From Paraspadella gotoi (lineage: Eukaryota > Animalia > Chaetognatha): a stretch of DNA of 64,000 nt. A program made the translations under genes and the position numbers. Positions 27,692-42,100 of this stretch are shown piece by piece (within the stretch, counting starts at the first letter, position 1; the number at the start of each line of letters is the position of its first letter). Under the pieces are notes generated by a model. The model was given only the letters and a program-made list of their open reading frames with translations. It was not told the origin of the DNA and searched no databases. Location of the stretch: the NCBI GenBank assembly GCA_051294375.1, contig CM119263.1, positions 24,594,688 to 24,658,687 of the forward strand, written 5' to 3'.

Positions 27692-30600
27692 ATGGATTCA
27701 AAATATTCACCCTCACGATCATCCATATTACCGCCAACGCGAAGAATGTTTAATGCACAGTTCACACAACTAGGGGATGAATTGTGCAAAGCCGCGCAAT
27801 CTGGAAACAAAAGATTGCTCAAGAAATTCGTAATAGAAAGGGGGGTAAGTGATTTAAAGGTTGACAAAAGCATTAAGCAGATTTAATGAATCTGTACAGG
27901 GGATTGTAAATTTCAACCAACCCTATACACAATGACAGTACCTTCACTTGTAATTTTTGACCCGGTGGCTCATTGAGCAAAGCCATCAGATCATGACCCT
28001 CGTTCCCAGCCAGGTAATTAAAGCTTGAGGACGGCCGTAAACCGCGTTGGGGGCGAGGAAAACCTTGAAGCCAAGTTCTCTTGCTCGCGAGAGTTACCTA
28101 TGGTAGTCTTCTGCCATAGGTAGATAGATACTATTGTCTTAATTTAAAACAGCTCAAAGCTGAAAGGAACATGGTTTTTAAGGTTTGATTCTACGTTCTT
28201 GAATTCAGGTTCATGTGGATCGTCGCAACTCTCGAGGAGAAACATCATTGATGATTGCTTGCCGCAACAGACAAAAATACGTTGTAATATTCTTACTAAA
28301 AAGTGGTGCCAATCCCAATGAACGTTCCAACATTGGCCATACTGCCGTTCACGAAGCATGCCGGTTGAATTTCTAGGAATTGAATGTTTGTGTGAGAGAG
28401 ATTATTTTCAAACAATGGGACAATTCTTGTTTTTAGAGCCGGAAGCCTCTCGATTTTGCGTCAAGTTGTCGAGGCGGGAGGGGACGTTCGTCTTCACGAT
28501 GTTTGGGGGAAGGCGCCCTTTCATTACATTGAGGATCAGGATGATCCAGAAAAACGAAAAAAGATCCAGAAGTTTCTCATAGGTTACAATTCTATTCGAA
28601 TTTTTGTAACACTTCTGTCACCTAAAAACTAATCGCCTTTTTTATTTGTAGATCTTAAATATTCGGCCATTGGTGGTGCTCCCCGTTTGCAGTCATCAAA
28701 TCCTCCCCGATCGAGCAAGGATTCTTTGGGTAACTGTCGTATAGAAACTGACAATAATTTTGTATAGTTCATTTGAATTTAAAATTTTGTTCGTCCACAA
28801 CAGCGTCTATCCATTCATCAAAGCCTCCGACTTCTGGAATTTTCAAAAAAAACTCGAGAAGTTCCATAAAAGCTCAATGGATAGAAAGTCTAGGATATGG
28901 ACAGTTTTATTTTGGTGAGTTTGCAAATTAAAAGGTTCGCGAATTTCTAAGAGTTCTAACAATTGTTTTTTTTTATCTAACAAGGACACGACGCTTCCCC
29001 TTCGGTCGTGTCGTCCGTTCCCCTCGTCCACTTCGACTGCTTACAACACGACGAGTTGGGCCCCACCTTCGAGAGCGGTCACCTCATGGTGATGGAGTCG
29101 ATGTTGTGGGCCCATGGCGTCGAAGATGCGGCCACCAAAGTCACTGTTAAGCGACTTCATAAGCAGCCGAGATTTGGTGGAGTCGTCGACCTCTTGATTC
29201 ACGAGGTTTCCCTCTTTCGCTGGGGCATGAGAAATCTATAATATTTTACCCAAATTGTTTTTCGTTAGGTCGAAGTTTTAAGTCAAATACATCACCCAAA
29301 CATCGTACAGTTGATGGGAGTAAGTCATAAATGGGGTCCGGATTACGACGACATCAACGAAGGAGACGCAAAAGTTCGACCAGGCGATTCGTTGGCTGGG
29401 GCCGGTGAGACCGAAAGGCAATTGCTCAATTTCTTTTCTTCTCCGAACGGAGGATAATTGTGAGACAATGTGATCTAAGGGATTTTGGATCAAATGGTCG
29501 TCTTGCAAGAACGTGTTCACCGAGGATCGCTCTTTCACATAATGCACGAGAAAGGTTCTTACCCAAACATGTCCGACATCATGAAGATTTTAGCGCAAAT
29601 CGCCGAGGCGCTTTCGTTTTTGCACTCAAGGAGCGTCGTTCATTGCTATGTAAATTCACACAGGTAACAAAATATGAGTTAGCTCTAGTTAAAGAAGTAA
29701 AACGTAAACAGATTGACGAAACTCTTCTCAGTATTCACATGGTAAACAATTTTTGCGCCAAGTTGACAAATTTTGAATACGCCGTCAACGCCAAGCAGAG
29801 GTTTAACCCATCTCCAAGCCACAGTCTCACCGACAACAAAGGTTTTTAGTGAAAAAAATAAACTAAACTATATGATTCTGCAAACTTTATCGTATTCTTT
29901 TGTATATTTAGAAAGTGGGTCAGCCTACAATTGGATGGCTCCTGAGTTGATGCGGCGCGAGGAGCCAACCGAAGCCGTCGACGTTTACGGTTTTTTCGTT
30001 ACCGTCTGGGAATTCTTTACCGGCGACATTCCTTGGAAAACTTTAGACTGGAAGGCCATTTTCAACAAGGTTTTTAGCCCGCGAATGAAGCCCATTGATG
30101 TATTGGTTGTCAGATTGATTTGTCTTTTCTTCTGAACTAAGGTAACCAACGGAGGGCAATTGTCGCTAGAAGCGATTCCGTCCGCTTTTATATCCGCCAT
30201 CGCCAAAGGGATCGACCCCGATCCGAAAAAGCGCGCGGAGCACCTCCCTTTTCGAAAGGTAGAGCGAGGAAGATGATGTAAGTATTGCCTACAAAACAAA
30301 TGTTTTGTTTACCAGGTCGAAAATCTGCTCAAGGATTGGAAAAAAGTGGCGAAACTCCGTGTATATGACGCGGAAAGCGATGACGAGAAAAATGAAAACA
30401 AAAAAGGTGGGTTTTCATTCCCCTGGTCTTTTGCTTTTTATTATTCCCAAAGAATAATATAATTCCTCCATCTACATTTACGAAAAAGAAGAAGATATTG
30501 AAGACACCAAGACGCACATTAAACTAATTAAGCACAGGACATACACGTACAAAGACGGAGAAATTCAACGAGTTGGTCCAGTAACGCCCACTCCAATTTT

Positions 30601-33600
30601 TCCAGCGATGTCGTTTGCGGACAATTATGATCACATTTCCAGGTTATTAATTGAATTATTTCTTAATATTCATTCTGGTATTTCGAGTTAATATTTATTT
30701 GTTTTTTAAAGGGATTTAAGTAAAATGGAATTTGTGGACATTTCTTCCGATTCGCCTTCATATGATGTTGGCGGGCAGGTGACTTTTCTTCCTTTAATGA
30801 TGTTGATTAATTATTACTTAAGTAGGTTACTTGTCGGAAACTTTGTAGGACTATGGATTCGACTTAACTATGTCGATGTCGGAGCTAACTCATTCAGAAA
30901 GTGATCTTGACGAAAGTGAAAGAGATACTGTACAAGAGGATGAAATTCAATCGATTCATGAAACAACTATACAAAATCAATTAGTGGCAGAGGTAAACTT
31001 TTTCTACGTACTATATTTGTTAAGTACTCTTGGTATTGAGAAGTACTCAAAAGATTATCAAATACTTGTAGCCTATTCTTCGACCATTGAATCTTCCTGC
31101 GGAAGATACGCAACTTGTTTCGCCTCCGACACGCTTCAAACCGGAAACAGAAACGGAGGGCGATCGCAGGCCGCAGTTAATCGAAACCTCAGCCGCTTTC
31201 GAAAGCCCGAATAGGCAACGAAGAAATCGTTCGTCTCAAGGCCAAAGAGAACATCCAAAGGAACAAAGAAAAAAACGGTTCGTAGTCTTTGCCCCTTTTT
31301 CACCGAAAAGCAATACAGTAAGTAAGTAATTTCTTAAGCTCGCTTGTTTGCTTAGGTCTCCCAATCGAAATTTTGAAAATACTCTGGAGTATGCCTCCGA
31401 ATACGATTTTGAATCAGAACGGAAGCTTCCGCCAAAGCCTCCTAGGAATTCCGTAAGTTACGCCCATAATTTGCTCCTAGTTTTCCTTCTCATACGCCTC
31501 GCTTTTCGCCTTATTCTTTTTTGAAGACTCGACAATCCCGCGCCGTTGCCCCGACTGCTTTCGAGACTTGGCGTCAAATCGACCGTTGTTCTCGAAGCCA
31601 CAGCGGCAGTTGCACTCGCCTGCCCGTGCCTTACGCCGACATTTCGGTGGCTACCAATGTTTCGTCCAATTCACAGTTGACTTCCGCGACTTCCGCCACG
31701 AAAGTCTCTTCGCTGTCGTCGAGAAGGGAAGAAACCAATTTTGGCGCCAGCGACACGATGGGGGTCCGTTCGAAGTCGCAGGCGACGAGGGTCTGCAATT
31801 CATCCACGTCGCTTCCAGGTGTTAGCAATCTTACTAGTAATTTGTAATCCGTTAAGCTAAGCTTTTTGTTTGTCTAATTCCAATCAAATCATCTTCAGAA
31901 AAAAAAAATTATTCAGACGAAAACCGGGGATCCTTTACCCGAACGATCTCGTCGCAACAAAGTCTTTTGTCTTCTGTCACCTCCGACGTCACTTCCGGAT
32001 CTTCCGTCTCCCTCGGGCGCGACCAACGTCTTTTCAGTTACAAAAAAGTTTCCGTAAAGGCAGAGCCGTCTAAGAACAACGACGATGGGGTGGCTGGCGG
32101 GGCCATGACGTCTCTACCCGCGCCGCAACCTGTCAGAAAAAAGAGCAGTGTCAAGGATCTAATCGCCATGTATCAGGTACCTTTGTTGCCATAGTAAATG
32201 GGAAGGGAAAAGAACAAGTCATTAAATTATGACTTGTAAGCAATAAGTAATAAGAGAAAGTAAAAGTTTTCTTCAAAATTCAGTCCAAAGACGACATTGC
32301 GTCCGAGGAGCAAGGCGTTCTCCTCGGCGAGTTGGCCGCCGGAAAGACGAAGTTCTGGCCGGCGCCTTCGGCCTCCTCCGTCAACGGTGTCGACGGAAGC
32401 GCCACCTCATGCGGCAGTGCGTCCACCAGCAGAATCCCCGTGGCCGTTCAATGGACGCACCCGAAATTTTCACCAAACGGACTGCCACAAACTTCGTCTC
32501 CTGAAGTCATTACGACTCCCAAGGGTCTTTCCACTTCTAATTTAAACGCTTCGTCTCCAGGACTCCCTACGCCGCCGTTACCAGCTTCCCAGCCGCCTAC
32601 CAATATTGCTTCCCACTTTGCCACCGATGAGAGTTTATGGACCAAACCGGCCTTCACTGTGGGCGACTCGGGAATCCCCAGACAATCGCGCTTCGTTCCC
32701 CGATCGACCGGCCAGACGGCCGCTGGAATTGAAGCCGTCGATTCTAAAGGCGTCGCCTATAAAAACGTCAGACCAGTGCCTTTCAAGCCAATTATACCAC
32801 ATCCGATTTCTCGAACCTCGTACCACGAGTTCAAGAAGATGATGCAAGAGGAAGAGAAAAAGAAAGTGGGCGACAACCAAAAAGAAATGGATAAACGTAT
32901 TCTCACCCGCGACCTGCACGAATCGAAGACGGCGCCTGCTTGGAGTTACGACAGTCGGTTTCGTGGAAAAGCCCGAAACAATTTAGAGGATAAAGAAAAT
33001 ATGACTCAGGTTTGAGTTTGTTTTCTTCTTAAAAGTCTAACTTTTAAGTTTCTACTTGTAAAATTATTTTTCTTTATTATTATTTCTCGTTAAGACAGCT
33101 GTTCCACCGACTTGGTCCTTTGTTACTGCCTTTTCTCTTGCAATAGATATGCATAATACGTATTTCCTACTTTAAAATGCGGCGCCCCAAAACCATCCGT
33201 TTTCAAATTGACAGACTTTATCTACGCCACCGACCACCACCGCGGCGCCGCCGCCAGCGACTTTTTGTGATTTATCTTCAAAGAAAGCGGAAGAATGCGA
33301 TCCACCGCCTCTCTTTTTTCAAATGCCCACCGGAGGCGCTGAGGACGAGGAGGAAAGGTCCACTAGCCGCGGCAGCAGCTTTTTTAGCGGCGTCGAATTG
33401 AAAACCAATCTCGATCGGAAGGAAGGTGAGTTTCCAGTGGTCCGGTACAGTCATGTGCAAAAAAATAGCGCCACTTAAATCATCCCATATACATTTAGAT
33501 TTTTTTTATAAAATTTTTAAAATAAATTGAAGTTTATTAAAATATGAAAAGTTTGATATAAATTTTATAAAAATTGGGTTATCCATTGAAGAGCATATTT

Positions 33601-36600
33601 TTAGTCGGATCTGTTTATCAGCAGATCCCGACTCTATAATTCACTTTGTCAGTACGTCGGTCCGCCCCCTGAATAGTGAATATTGTTGGGCACTCACTTA
33701 TATCATGTTAGAACATTGAATTATGATAAATTATGCAAAAAAAATATCCGTCCATCCATCCCTCCTTAGCAAAAAACACCAATTACTCGTGACTGGATGC
33801 ATGGATTGGATTAAAATTTTGTGTGTGGGTAGGGAAGTGTGTGATTGAGCTGGATATGAAGTTTCGATGGAATCGTCCGAGTGGAAATGAGTTTAAATGG
33901 AAAAAACAAAAAAATATATTTTACAATCTGAACACAAATTGTTCATGAGTGGATGGGGCGATTGACCTGGAATTTTGTATGTGGGTAGGAAAGTGTGTGA
34001 AATAAGCTGGAAATCAAGTTTTGATGGACTGGTTAGAGTGGAAATGAGTTTAAATGGAATAAACAAAAAACCTGTTTTACTAATTGATTATTCTTCTTTT
34101 TCCTTTTATATTAAATGTAAATGCAAAATGTATTAATTAATCAATAATTAATTAATCAGTCAATCAATAAAGTCAATCGTTATCGGCATTATTCTCATCG
34201 TTGTCATTGTTTTGTTGTACTTTTGTTGTGCTTTTGTTGACAAAAAGTTCTAAAAACAAACATTTGGGATCAAATTAATTAATTAATTGCCTAATTAATT
34301 AATTAACTTGAATTATTTAATTATTAATTAATTAATTATCGATAATGTTCGTGGGCAGATCGACATTGTTTGCTCAAACTTGTACTCTACCGCAAAGCTG
34401 AAACTTAAAAAAAATCTTTTTTTTTCATATTTTGTATTTTTTGTATAAATTGTTTTTACTGGATTGACCCAGATCCTTTAAAAATAATTTTAAGGTTAAT
34501 TAAAAATAAAAAAAATCATCGCATCATTATTTGTTTATCATCGCATCAATATTTGGTTATCATCGCATCAATAATCAATTATTATTACATCAATCAATTA
34601 TTATTACATTAATAATTTGTTGTCGCATCAATCATTCGGGTTTTTTTTTCGGATTCTTTCATTAATTTTCTTTGATAGTAACGTCTCGCGAGATTACTAT
34701 ACTTTTAAGATTTTTTTAAAAAACTTTATATTTTTTATATAATTTTTAAAAATATTTTCATAAAAAATGTATCTGATAACGTTGAAGAAAACATAACTAA
34801 TTAGAACTAAATTTTGCCGGCTCGCCGTTTTTTTGTCCAAATCATCAATGTCATCATTGTTATCGTTAGATTACGCGCAACGTTCACACTTTAATCACAC
34901 TTTAGGCATGACCTCGACTCCGGTAAAAAATTGGCCTAAAGTTGGACGAGGAGATGATTTTGGCAAATGCGACATTTCCTTCGATTCGGTTGTTTCTGAA
35001 TTAAAACGAACAGGTTTGTATGACACAGTTGATTTTTCTCGATTTGTATTTACAATAGGGGTAACAGCTTTCTTTTAGAATAATAAAAGAAATATTTTTA
35101 ACTAATCTTTTTCTTCAGCTTAGACTTTATATTCGTGATTAAGTTTTGTTTAATCTCGTTAAAGTTTGTTGCATGTGTAAATTTTAGTGACAGTAACGCC
35201 GCCAATGGAGGACATCCAGATTCACAAAGCTGAGACGTTTTTCTCTGCCGAGAGAAAAACTTTAACCTCGACGAAAGCCCAGCGCGCTCAATCCAGCTGA
35301 CGTCGGTCCTCTTCGGCCTGTCCACAAGTGGCCCAGGCCAATATACCCAGTCCCGAAATGCCTCCCATCGAATCTTCAGAATCCTACAGCTGCTCGAAGA
35401 TGCCTATATCACTTGTCAAGAAGCTACGATGTTCTCGGCTAATGCCGAATCAACGTGCGGCGCAGCGCTCGATTTTTAGAAAATTTTAATCTATTTTAAA
35501 ACTAACCTAATCTAATTCAGCTCAAAAGAGTTAATTAGAAAATAAACTTTACAAGCTCGTTTGATACAATTTAAATAGTAAAACACCTCGAGCGCGGCGT
35601 CGACAAGAGTTATGAGTTTTAGGGATGCTCTGGTCAGTCGGTTGAAACAGTCACTTCCTCCGAAGCTACTGACATAACCGCAGTTTTTGTCGGAGAAAAA
35701 CAGCGTCAACCTTCGCCCGATGTATGGGGAACGGGTGAGGGGACGCGGGCGATGATGATCCGAGTATGACAAGAACGTCTACGACAAAGCGATCGTACAA
35801 TCTTGCGATCGAGGGTTCCGTCTGCTTCCACATGGAGTGAAGATGAATGGAATCGTAATTCAGCGACGAAACCCGAAAGGTTGAAGTTTGGAACTCTCAA
35901 AACCAAGGGGACCAGGAGTGGAACGATGAGAAAATGAGNNNNNNNNNNNNNNNNNNNNNNNNNNNNNNNNNNNNNNNNNNNNNNNNNNNNNNNNNNNNNN
36001 NNNNNNNNNNNNNNNNNNNNNNNNNNNNNNNNNNNNNNTCCCTCCTTAGCAAAAAACACCAATTACTCGTGACTGGATACATGGATTTGATTAAAATTTT
36101 GTGTGTGGGTAGGGAAGTGTGTGATTGAGCTGGATATGAAGTTTCGATGGAATCGTCCGAGTGGAAATGAGTTTAAATGGAAAAAACAAAAAAATATATT
36201 TTACAATCTGAACACAAATTGTTCATGAGTGGATGGGGCGATTGACCTGGAATTTTGTATGTGGGTAGGAAAGTGTGTGAAATAAGCTGGAAATCAAGTT
36301 TTGATGGACTGGTTAGAGTGGAAATGAGTTTAAATGGAATAAACAAAAAACCTGTTTTACTAATTGATTATTCTTCTTTTTTCCTTTTATATTAAATGTA
36401 AATGCAAAATGTATTAATTAATCAATAATTAATTAATCAGTCAATCAATAAAGTCAATCGTTATCGGCATTATTCTCATCGTTGTCATTGCTTTTGTTGT
36501 ACTTTTGTTGTGCTTTTGTTGACAAAAAGTTCTAAAAACAAACATTTGGGATCAAATTAATTAATTAATTGCCTAATTAATTAATTAACTTGAATTATTT

Positions 36601-38495
36601 AATTATTAATTAATTAATTATCGATAATGTTCGTGGGCAGATCCGACATTGTTTGCTCAAACTTGTACTCTACCGCAAAGCTGAACTTAAAAAAAATCTT
36701 TTTTTTTCATATTTTGTATTTTTTGTAATAAATTGTTTTTACTGGATTGACCCAGATCCTTTAAAAATAATTTTAAGGTTAATTAAAAATAAAAAAAATC
36801 ATCGCATCATTATTTGTTTATCATCGCATCAATATTTGGTTATCATCGCATCAATAATCAATTATTATTACATCAATCAATTATTATTACATTAATAATT
36901 TGTTGTCGCATCAATCATTCGGGTTTTTTTTTCGGATTCTTTCATTAATTTTCTTTGATAGTAACGTCTCGCGAGATTACTATACTTTTAAGATTTTTTT
37001 AAAAAACTTTATATTTTTTATATAATTTTTAAAAATATTTTCATAAAAAATGTATCTGATAACGTTGAAGAAAACATAACTAATTAGAACTAAATTTTGC
37101 CGGCTCGCCGTTTTTTTGTCCAAATCATCAATGTCATCATTGTTATCGTTAGATTACGCGCAACGTTCACACTTTAATCACACTTTAGGCATGACCTCGA
37201 CTCCGGTAAAAAATTGGCCTAAAGTTGGACGAGGAGATGATTTTGGCAAATGCGACATTTCCTTCGATTCGGTTGTTTCTGAATTAAAACGAACAGGTTT
37301 GTATGACACAGTTGATTTTTCTCGATTTGTATTTACAATAGGGGTAACAGCTTTCTTTTAGAATAATAAAAGAAATATTTTTAACTAATCTTTTTCTTCA
37401 GCTTAGACTTTATATTCGTGATTAAGTTTTGTTTAATCTCGTTAAAGTTTGTTGCATGTGTAAATTTTAGTGACAGTAACGCCGCCAATGGAGGACATCC
37501 AGATTCACAAAGCTGAGACGTTTTTCTCTGCCGAGAGAAAAACTTTAACCTCGACGAAAGCCAGCGCGCTCAATCCAGCTGACGTCGGTCCCTCTTCGGC
37601 CTGTCCACAAGTGGCCCAGGCCAATATACCCAGTCCCGAAATGCCTCCCATCGAATCTTCAGAATCCTACAGCTGCTCGGAAGATGCCTATATCACTTGT
37701 CAAGAAGCTACGATGTTCTCGGCTAATGCCGAATCAACGTGCGGCGCAGCGCTCGATTTTTAGAAAATTTTAATCTATTTTAAAACTAACCTAATCTAAT
37801 TCAGCTCAAAAGAGTTAATTAGAAAATAAACTTTACAAGCTCGTTTGATACAATTTAAATAGTAAAACACCTCGAGCGCGGCGTCGACAAGAGTTATGAG
37901 TTTTAGGGATGCTCTGGTCAGGTCGGTTGAAACAGTCACTTCCTCCGAAGCTACTGACATAACCGCAGTTTTTGTCGGAGAAAAACAGCGTCAACCTTCG
38001 CCCGATGTATGGGGAACGGGTGAGGGGACGCGGGGCGATGATGATCCGGAGTATGACAAGAACGTCTACGACAAAGCGATCGTACAATCTTGCGATCCGA
38101 GGGTTCCGTCTGCTTCCACATGGAGTGAAGATGAATGGAATCGTAATTCCAGCGACGAAACCCGAAAGGTTGAAGTTTGGAACTCTCAAAACCAAGGGGA
38201 CCAGGAGTGGAACGATGAGAAAATGAGAGACCAAGATGGAGACCAAGATGAGAAGAATAATTGGGAGTTAAAAACGGAAGAACAAGATCCTTTTGAAAAG
38301 ACAGAAAGCGGCCAAGCGGATGAAGACTGGGACGAGATAGAAGACGAAAACTGGGAAACTGGGTACGAGGATCGTCAGGCAGAAGATTGGGACGAGTCGC
38401 GAATCGAAGGCTGTGACGTTGAAGAGGCTCGTGGCGAGATCAATCGCGATGAGGACGTAGAAAATCGGAACGATGCCGACTGGAAGTTAGGATGA
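27692..38495 (+). CDS. TEX14: TEX14-like ankyrin-repeat/inactive kinase protein (multi-exon; 3' exons duplicated in the assembly)
   Basis: Ankyrin repeats (GETSLMIAC...GANPNERSNIGHTAVHEAC; AGGDVRLHD), LGYGQFYF, then a kinase fold VTVKRLH...HHPNIVQLMG...EALSFLHSRSVVHCYVNSH...AKLTNFEY...YNWMAPE. This order matches TEX14 (GGDLRLHD, VTVKEL, LTNLEY, YNWAAPE). The long low-complexity C-terminal exons and the 3' end are less certain. Confidence 0.8.
33601..34384 (+). mobile_element. DINE-1/HINE-like non-autonomous element (in a TEX14-like intron)
   Basis: 5' TTAGTCGGATCTG...GCAGATCCCGAC inverted repeat, GTCC-type repeats, 3' GCAGATC(C)GAC followed by hairpin GTTTG-CT-CAAAC. Related copies at 36039-36665, ~44340-44970, 59256-60020 and 60553-61336. 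Confidence 0.7.
33759..38227 (+). repeat. ~2.2 kb direct duplication (33759-35938 and 36039-38227) separated by a 100-N gap
   Basis: Near-identical copies (identical ORFs 34833-35078 and 37116-37361). The first copy carries scattered 1-nt indels. Confidence 0.95.
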
Positions 38496-39106
38496 CATCC
38501 GGAAAACGAGAGCCAAGAATATTGGGAATGATAAGGTAACTTCATTGTGGGTTTTTTAGTTCAAATTTTCTCATGTGCTTTTATTTTTATTTCATATAAT
38601 TTATTTTGGGATTAAATTAAATGAAGAACGTTACAGATTCTGGTAGCAATTTTATCGAAGAGAGGAAGTTTTTGAGAATTTTGTTTGAGATTGGATTGGC
38701 TTATCGATCCTGAGCTCCCTCTTCAAATCCAAGCTATATCGTGCCTAAAGAAATAAAGAATAAATTCAGAAATACTACATTATACTACGTGTATCTTTTA
38801 CGTTTTCGTTTGTCTTACTGCTTTTTCGTAACCCTCGAGGTAGGCAGAAGTGCGAGTTGGATAAAAATTACGATGAGCAGGATTGGCTCCTATTCCTTGG
38901 CTTCTTGTTTTTAAGAAGCAGTAAGGGTATGGAGATGAATACGACATCGAAGCTCTTGAAGATAAGTTGCTGTAATGTCAATTACACCTCAGGCTGACGA
39001 TATCTCAAGTCAATCAAATAAAAATTATAAAACAATAGCAAATTTTTTTCTAACCCTGAATCGGTTTCAAATTTAATTCTCGGAACCGATTTTGAGCGAT
39101 AAAAAC

Positions 39107-42100
39107 TCAGCTATGCCTATGATTTTATAATATAAAGCCTTATGTTTGTATATTACCTTGATCTTTGTGTCAAATCGAATCTCCGTTGTCTGAATTGAAA
39201 TGACGTCAAAGGATTATAATTATGCCGTTGATACATGCTAGGATATTTGTATGGTAGTTTATAAGGATTGTAGTAGCTTGCAGCCCACCTATTTATTTTA
39301 AAATTGTAATTAAATTATTTGAAATACGTGCAAAGTGCATATTATCAATTTTTTTTCAATACCCAGTATGATTAAATCTGCTCGGGTTGCAGTTGTAGCC
39401 TGTGCTTATTCCATCCAATCTGGTAGTAGGTGTTGGTTGAGCAGCTATTGTTTCCTCTGGTTTAAAAACAATTTTTTGCTTGTGTAAGGTGGATTAAATC
39501 ATTAGAGATAATAACTGAATTTTACCTTTCGTTGCAGTTTGCCTAGGTGGTATACTTTGAGTATTGGTGAAGTTGTCCTCTGAAGTTATAGATTCATTAA
39601 GATCCAACTTTATTTCTGGACCCAAAGTAGTCTCAGACATTTCGCAACCGACTGCCAATTCATTTGATTTGTTTTCATCCAAAACTTGGTCATACTCTTT
39701 TTTATGTTCTATTTCAGAATTGATTGAAGGTGAAGTCTCTGTACTATTTTCACTAAAATTTTGGTGTTTTAGTTTTCTAGTTAAAGAGTCAATTGACGAG
39801 TAGGTATTTTGGCAAAGTACATTCTGTGACTTATCAAGATTTAAATTGTTACTCTCTTCGTTTTTACTCGTCGGTTTAAATATATTGTCTACATTTACGG
39901 TAAATTCCCTATCGAATGTTTTATCTTTTTTCTTCTCAATGTCGTTGCTAGTATAATTCAGCTCAGCCAGTTGAGAACTATTCGTATCATTCACATTGTT
40001 CTGATAACTATTCGCATGGTTGACAGCGTCAAAAGTTTTTGCAGACTCTTGATCAACGTATTCCGTGTCATCAGCGGGATGATTAGCCAGCTTTGTTTCG
40101 GCTTCCTCCGTGTTCGCTGAGCCTACAGAATTAATAATTGTTCGTATATTATTAGTTTATTACTAGTTTAAATTTATCGTTATATTTTAGATTTTACCTT
40201 GCCCAGTTTTGCCTCCGTGAGGTGGCTGGTTTCCGTAAACCATTGTCGTGTTTGTCCGAACCGTTTCATCGTCTTTTGATTCAAAATCCAAAAGAAACAT
40301 TGGCTGCCGAGATGGGTTGTCCCAAATTATTTGATTCTTTTCTACCGTGATAAATTCGTTTTTCCTATAGAGTAGAAATAGAGTAAATTATTTTTAAAAC
40401 CAACCATGACAGAGAGAAGAGTGGGTCCATATTCGTAAAGGGCGGTTCTCTACACTTGTGCAAAAAAAATGCGCCACTTTATAACGTTCTATAAAAATAT
40501 TTTTAAAAATTATCCAAGAAAAATAGTTTTTTTAAAATAATAATCAATATGTTATGGAAACGGAGGGACATGTGTGACGCCTGGCGTGCCAGGCATTTCC
40601 CGACAGCTGGCGCTCAGGGCTTTGGACCTGCAGTGACCACCCTATGTCACTGGCGTGTTTATGCCGATACCATCACACTTTAACCAGCGTGACCGTTAGG
40701 GGATTGAACTCGAAACTCACAGTTGGTACTGAGCTGTCCAAGCCAATGGGACGAGATGTGTTTCTCCAAGCTATACAGGAGGCGAATTTAGGATTCGCCA
40801 CATATGCCCCGCCCAAGACAGCACACTGGGGTGACCAAGCCCAGAGTGACTGTCTTGAGAGTAGACGGACTCATTGCCATACAGCGAGCGAGTAGGGCAT
40901 AGGATGTATACCCTTTAGCGACGACGTGAGCGACGATTATTATTATTATTATGAAAAACAATTATTGTATGTTCGTGTTACTATTTTTTTAGTCATGTTG
41001 TTTTTAGATTTGTTTGGGAAATTATTTTGGCTTACCCATAATCTTCGTCGACCAATGCGGTTAAATTGATCTGAGTTTCTTTTTCGAAGTCTATTTTGGA
41101 TTCGTTTCCGATTGCAGGTTCTGCGTCTTTCCAATTCAAATCTACTTTTGATTCTTGCTCAGTTTTTTTCAGAGATCGAAAGTTTTTACGTTTCAAAAAA
41201 TTAATGTCCCGGAAACTTGAAAATTTTCTTAAAAAATGAGATTTTTTGCCTTCAACCGAAGGAGAAGAGCTTACGCTTTCTGTATCAGATTCTTTCGTCT
41301 CCATAATGCTCATGAGTGAATGTTCTTCCCTGGTGTATTTATCTGGGGTGACTATATTAAAGAGATCTTCATGACCAGTGAAAGGTTCTTGCGTTGAAAT
41401 ATCGTGAGTGTCTTCCGTGAGAGAAGAATTTTCTGATCCGCCTGCGGAGCTGTCTTCTTCATTTTCCGTCGAAAGATCTGTTTTTGAATTAGATTTTTTT
41501 ATGCTTCCTGTCATGTTTCGAATTCTGTCGACTATGTTGGACAGAGATCCAGCCTTTCTCATTCCAGTTGTCATTGTATCGAGTTTTACTGAGAAAGAAT
41601 TATTTCGAAGTCGTTTACTTCCAGTTCTGACAAAATTTTTTAGGGGAAGCGGTTCCCGAGGGGATCGAATTTCTAAGGATTCCGATTTAGAATTATGAGA
41701 AAAGTCAACACTGGACGTCAGCGACAATTGGGAAGCGGTTCGTTGTCTGGGACCAACTAAATAAAAATACATTATTTCATTAGCTAAAAAAATTAAGTAC
41801 TACACTATACCTTTTTTGTACCTTCTAAAAGGGACCCATATATGCCCTTGTTTCGCGAAGGAAAGATGGCGCCATTTTTTATCATTCGCCCAATTTTTGT
41901 AGCCAGATAAAGGAAAATATCATCAATGCTTTCTCCATCAAAAGCGGAAACTTCAGCAAAACCGTGTAAATTATAATCGATCATAAATTGTTTTGCATCA
42001 TCATCATCTATTTGACGTTCTGACTCCAAATCATGCTTATTTCCTTATTTAAATTTTAAAAAAATATTTAGGCAAGGACCAGAGTTTTTTAACTTTGTTA

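Noticed and set aside
33759-38227. Tandem exon duplication in the TEX14-like gene
   Set aside because: Copies abut a 100-N gap, are near-identical, and the first has scattered frameshifting 1-nt indels, typical of an uncollapsed contig overlap. Read depth would settle it.
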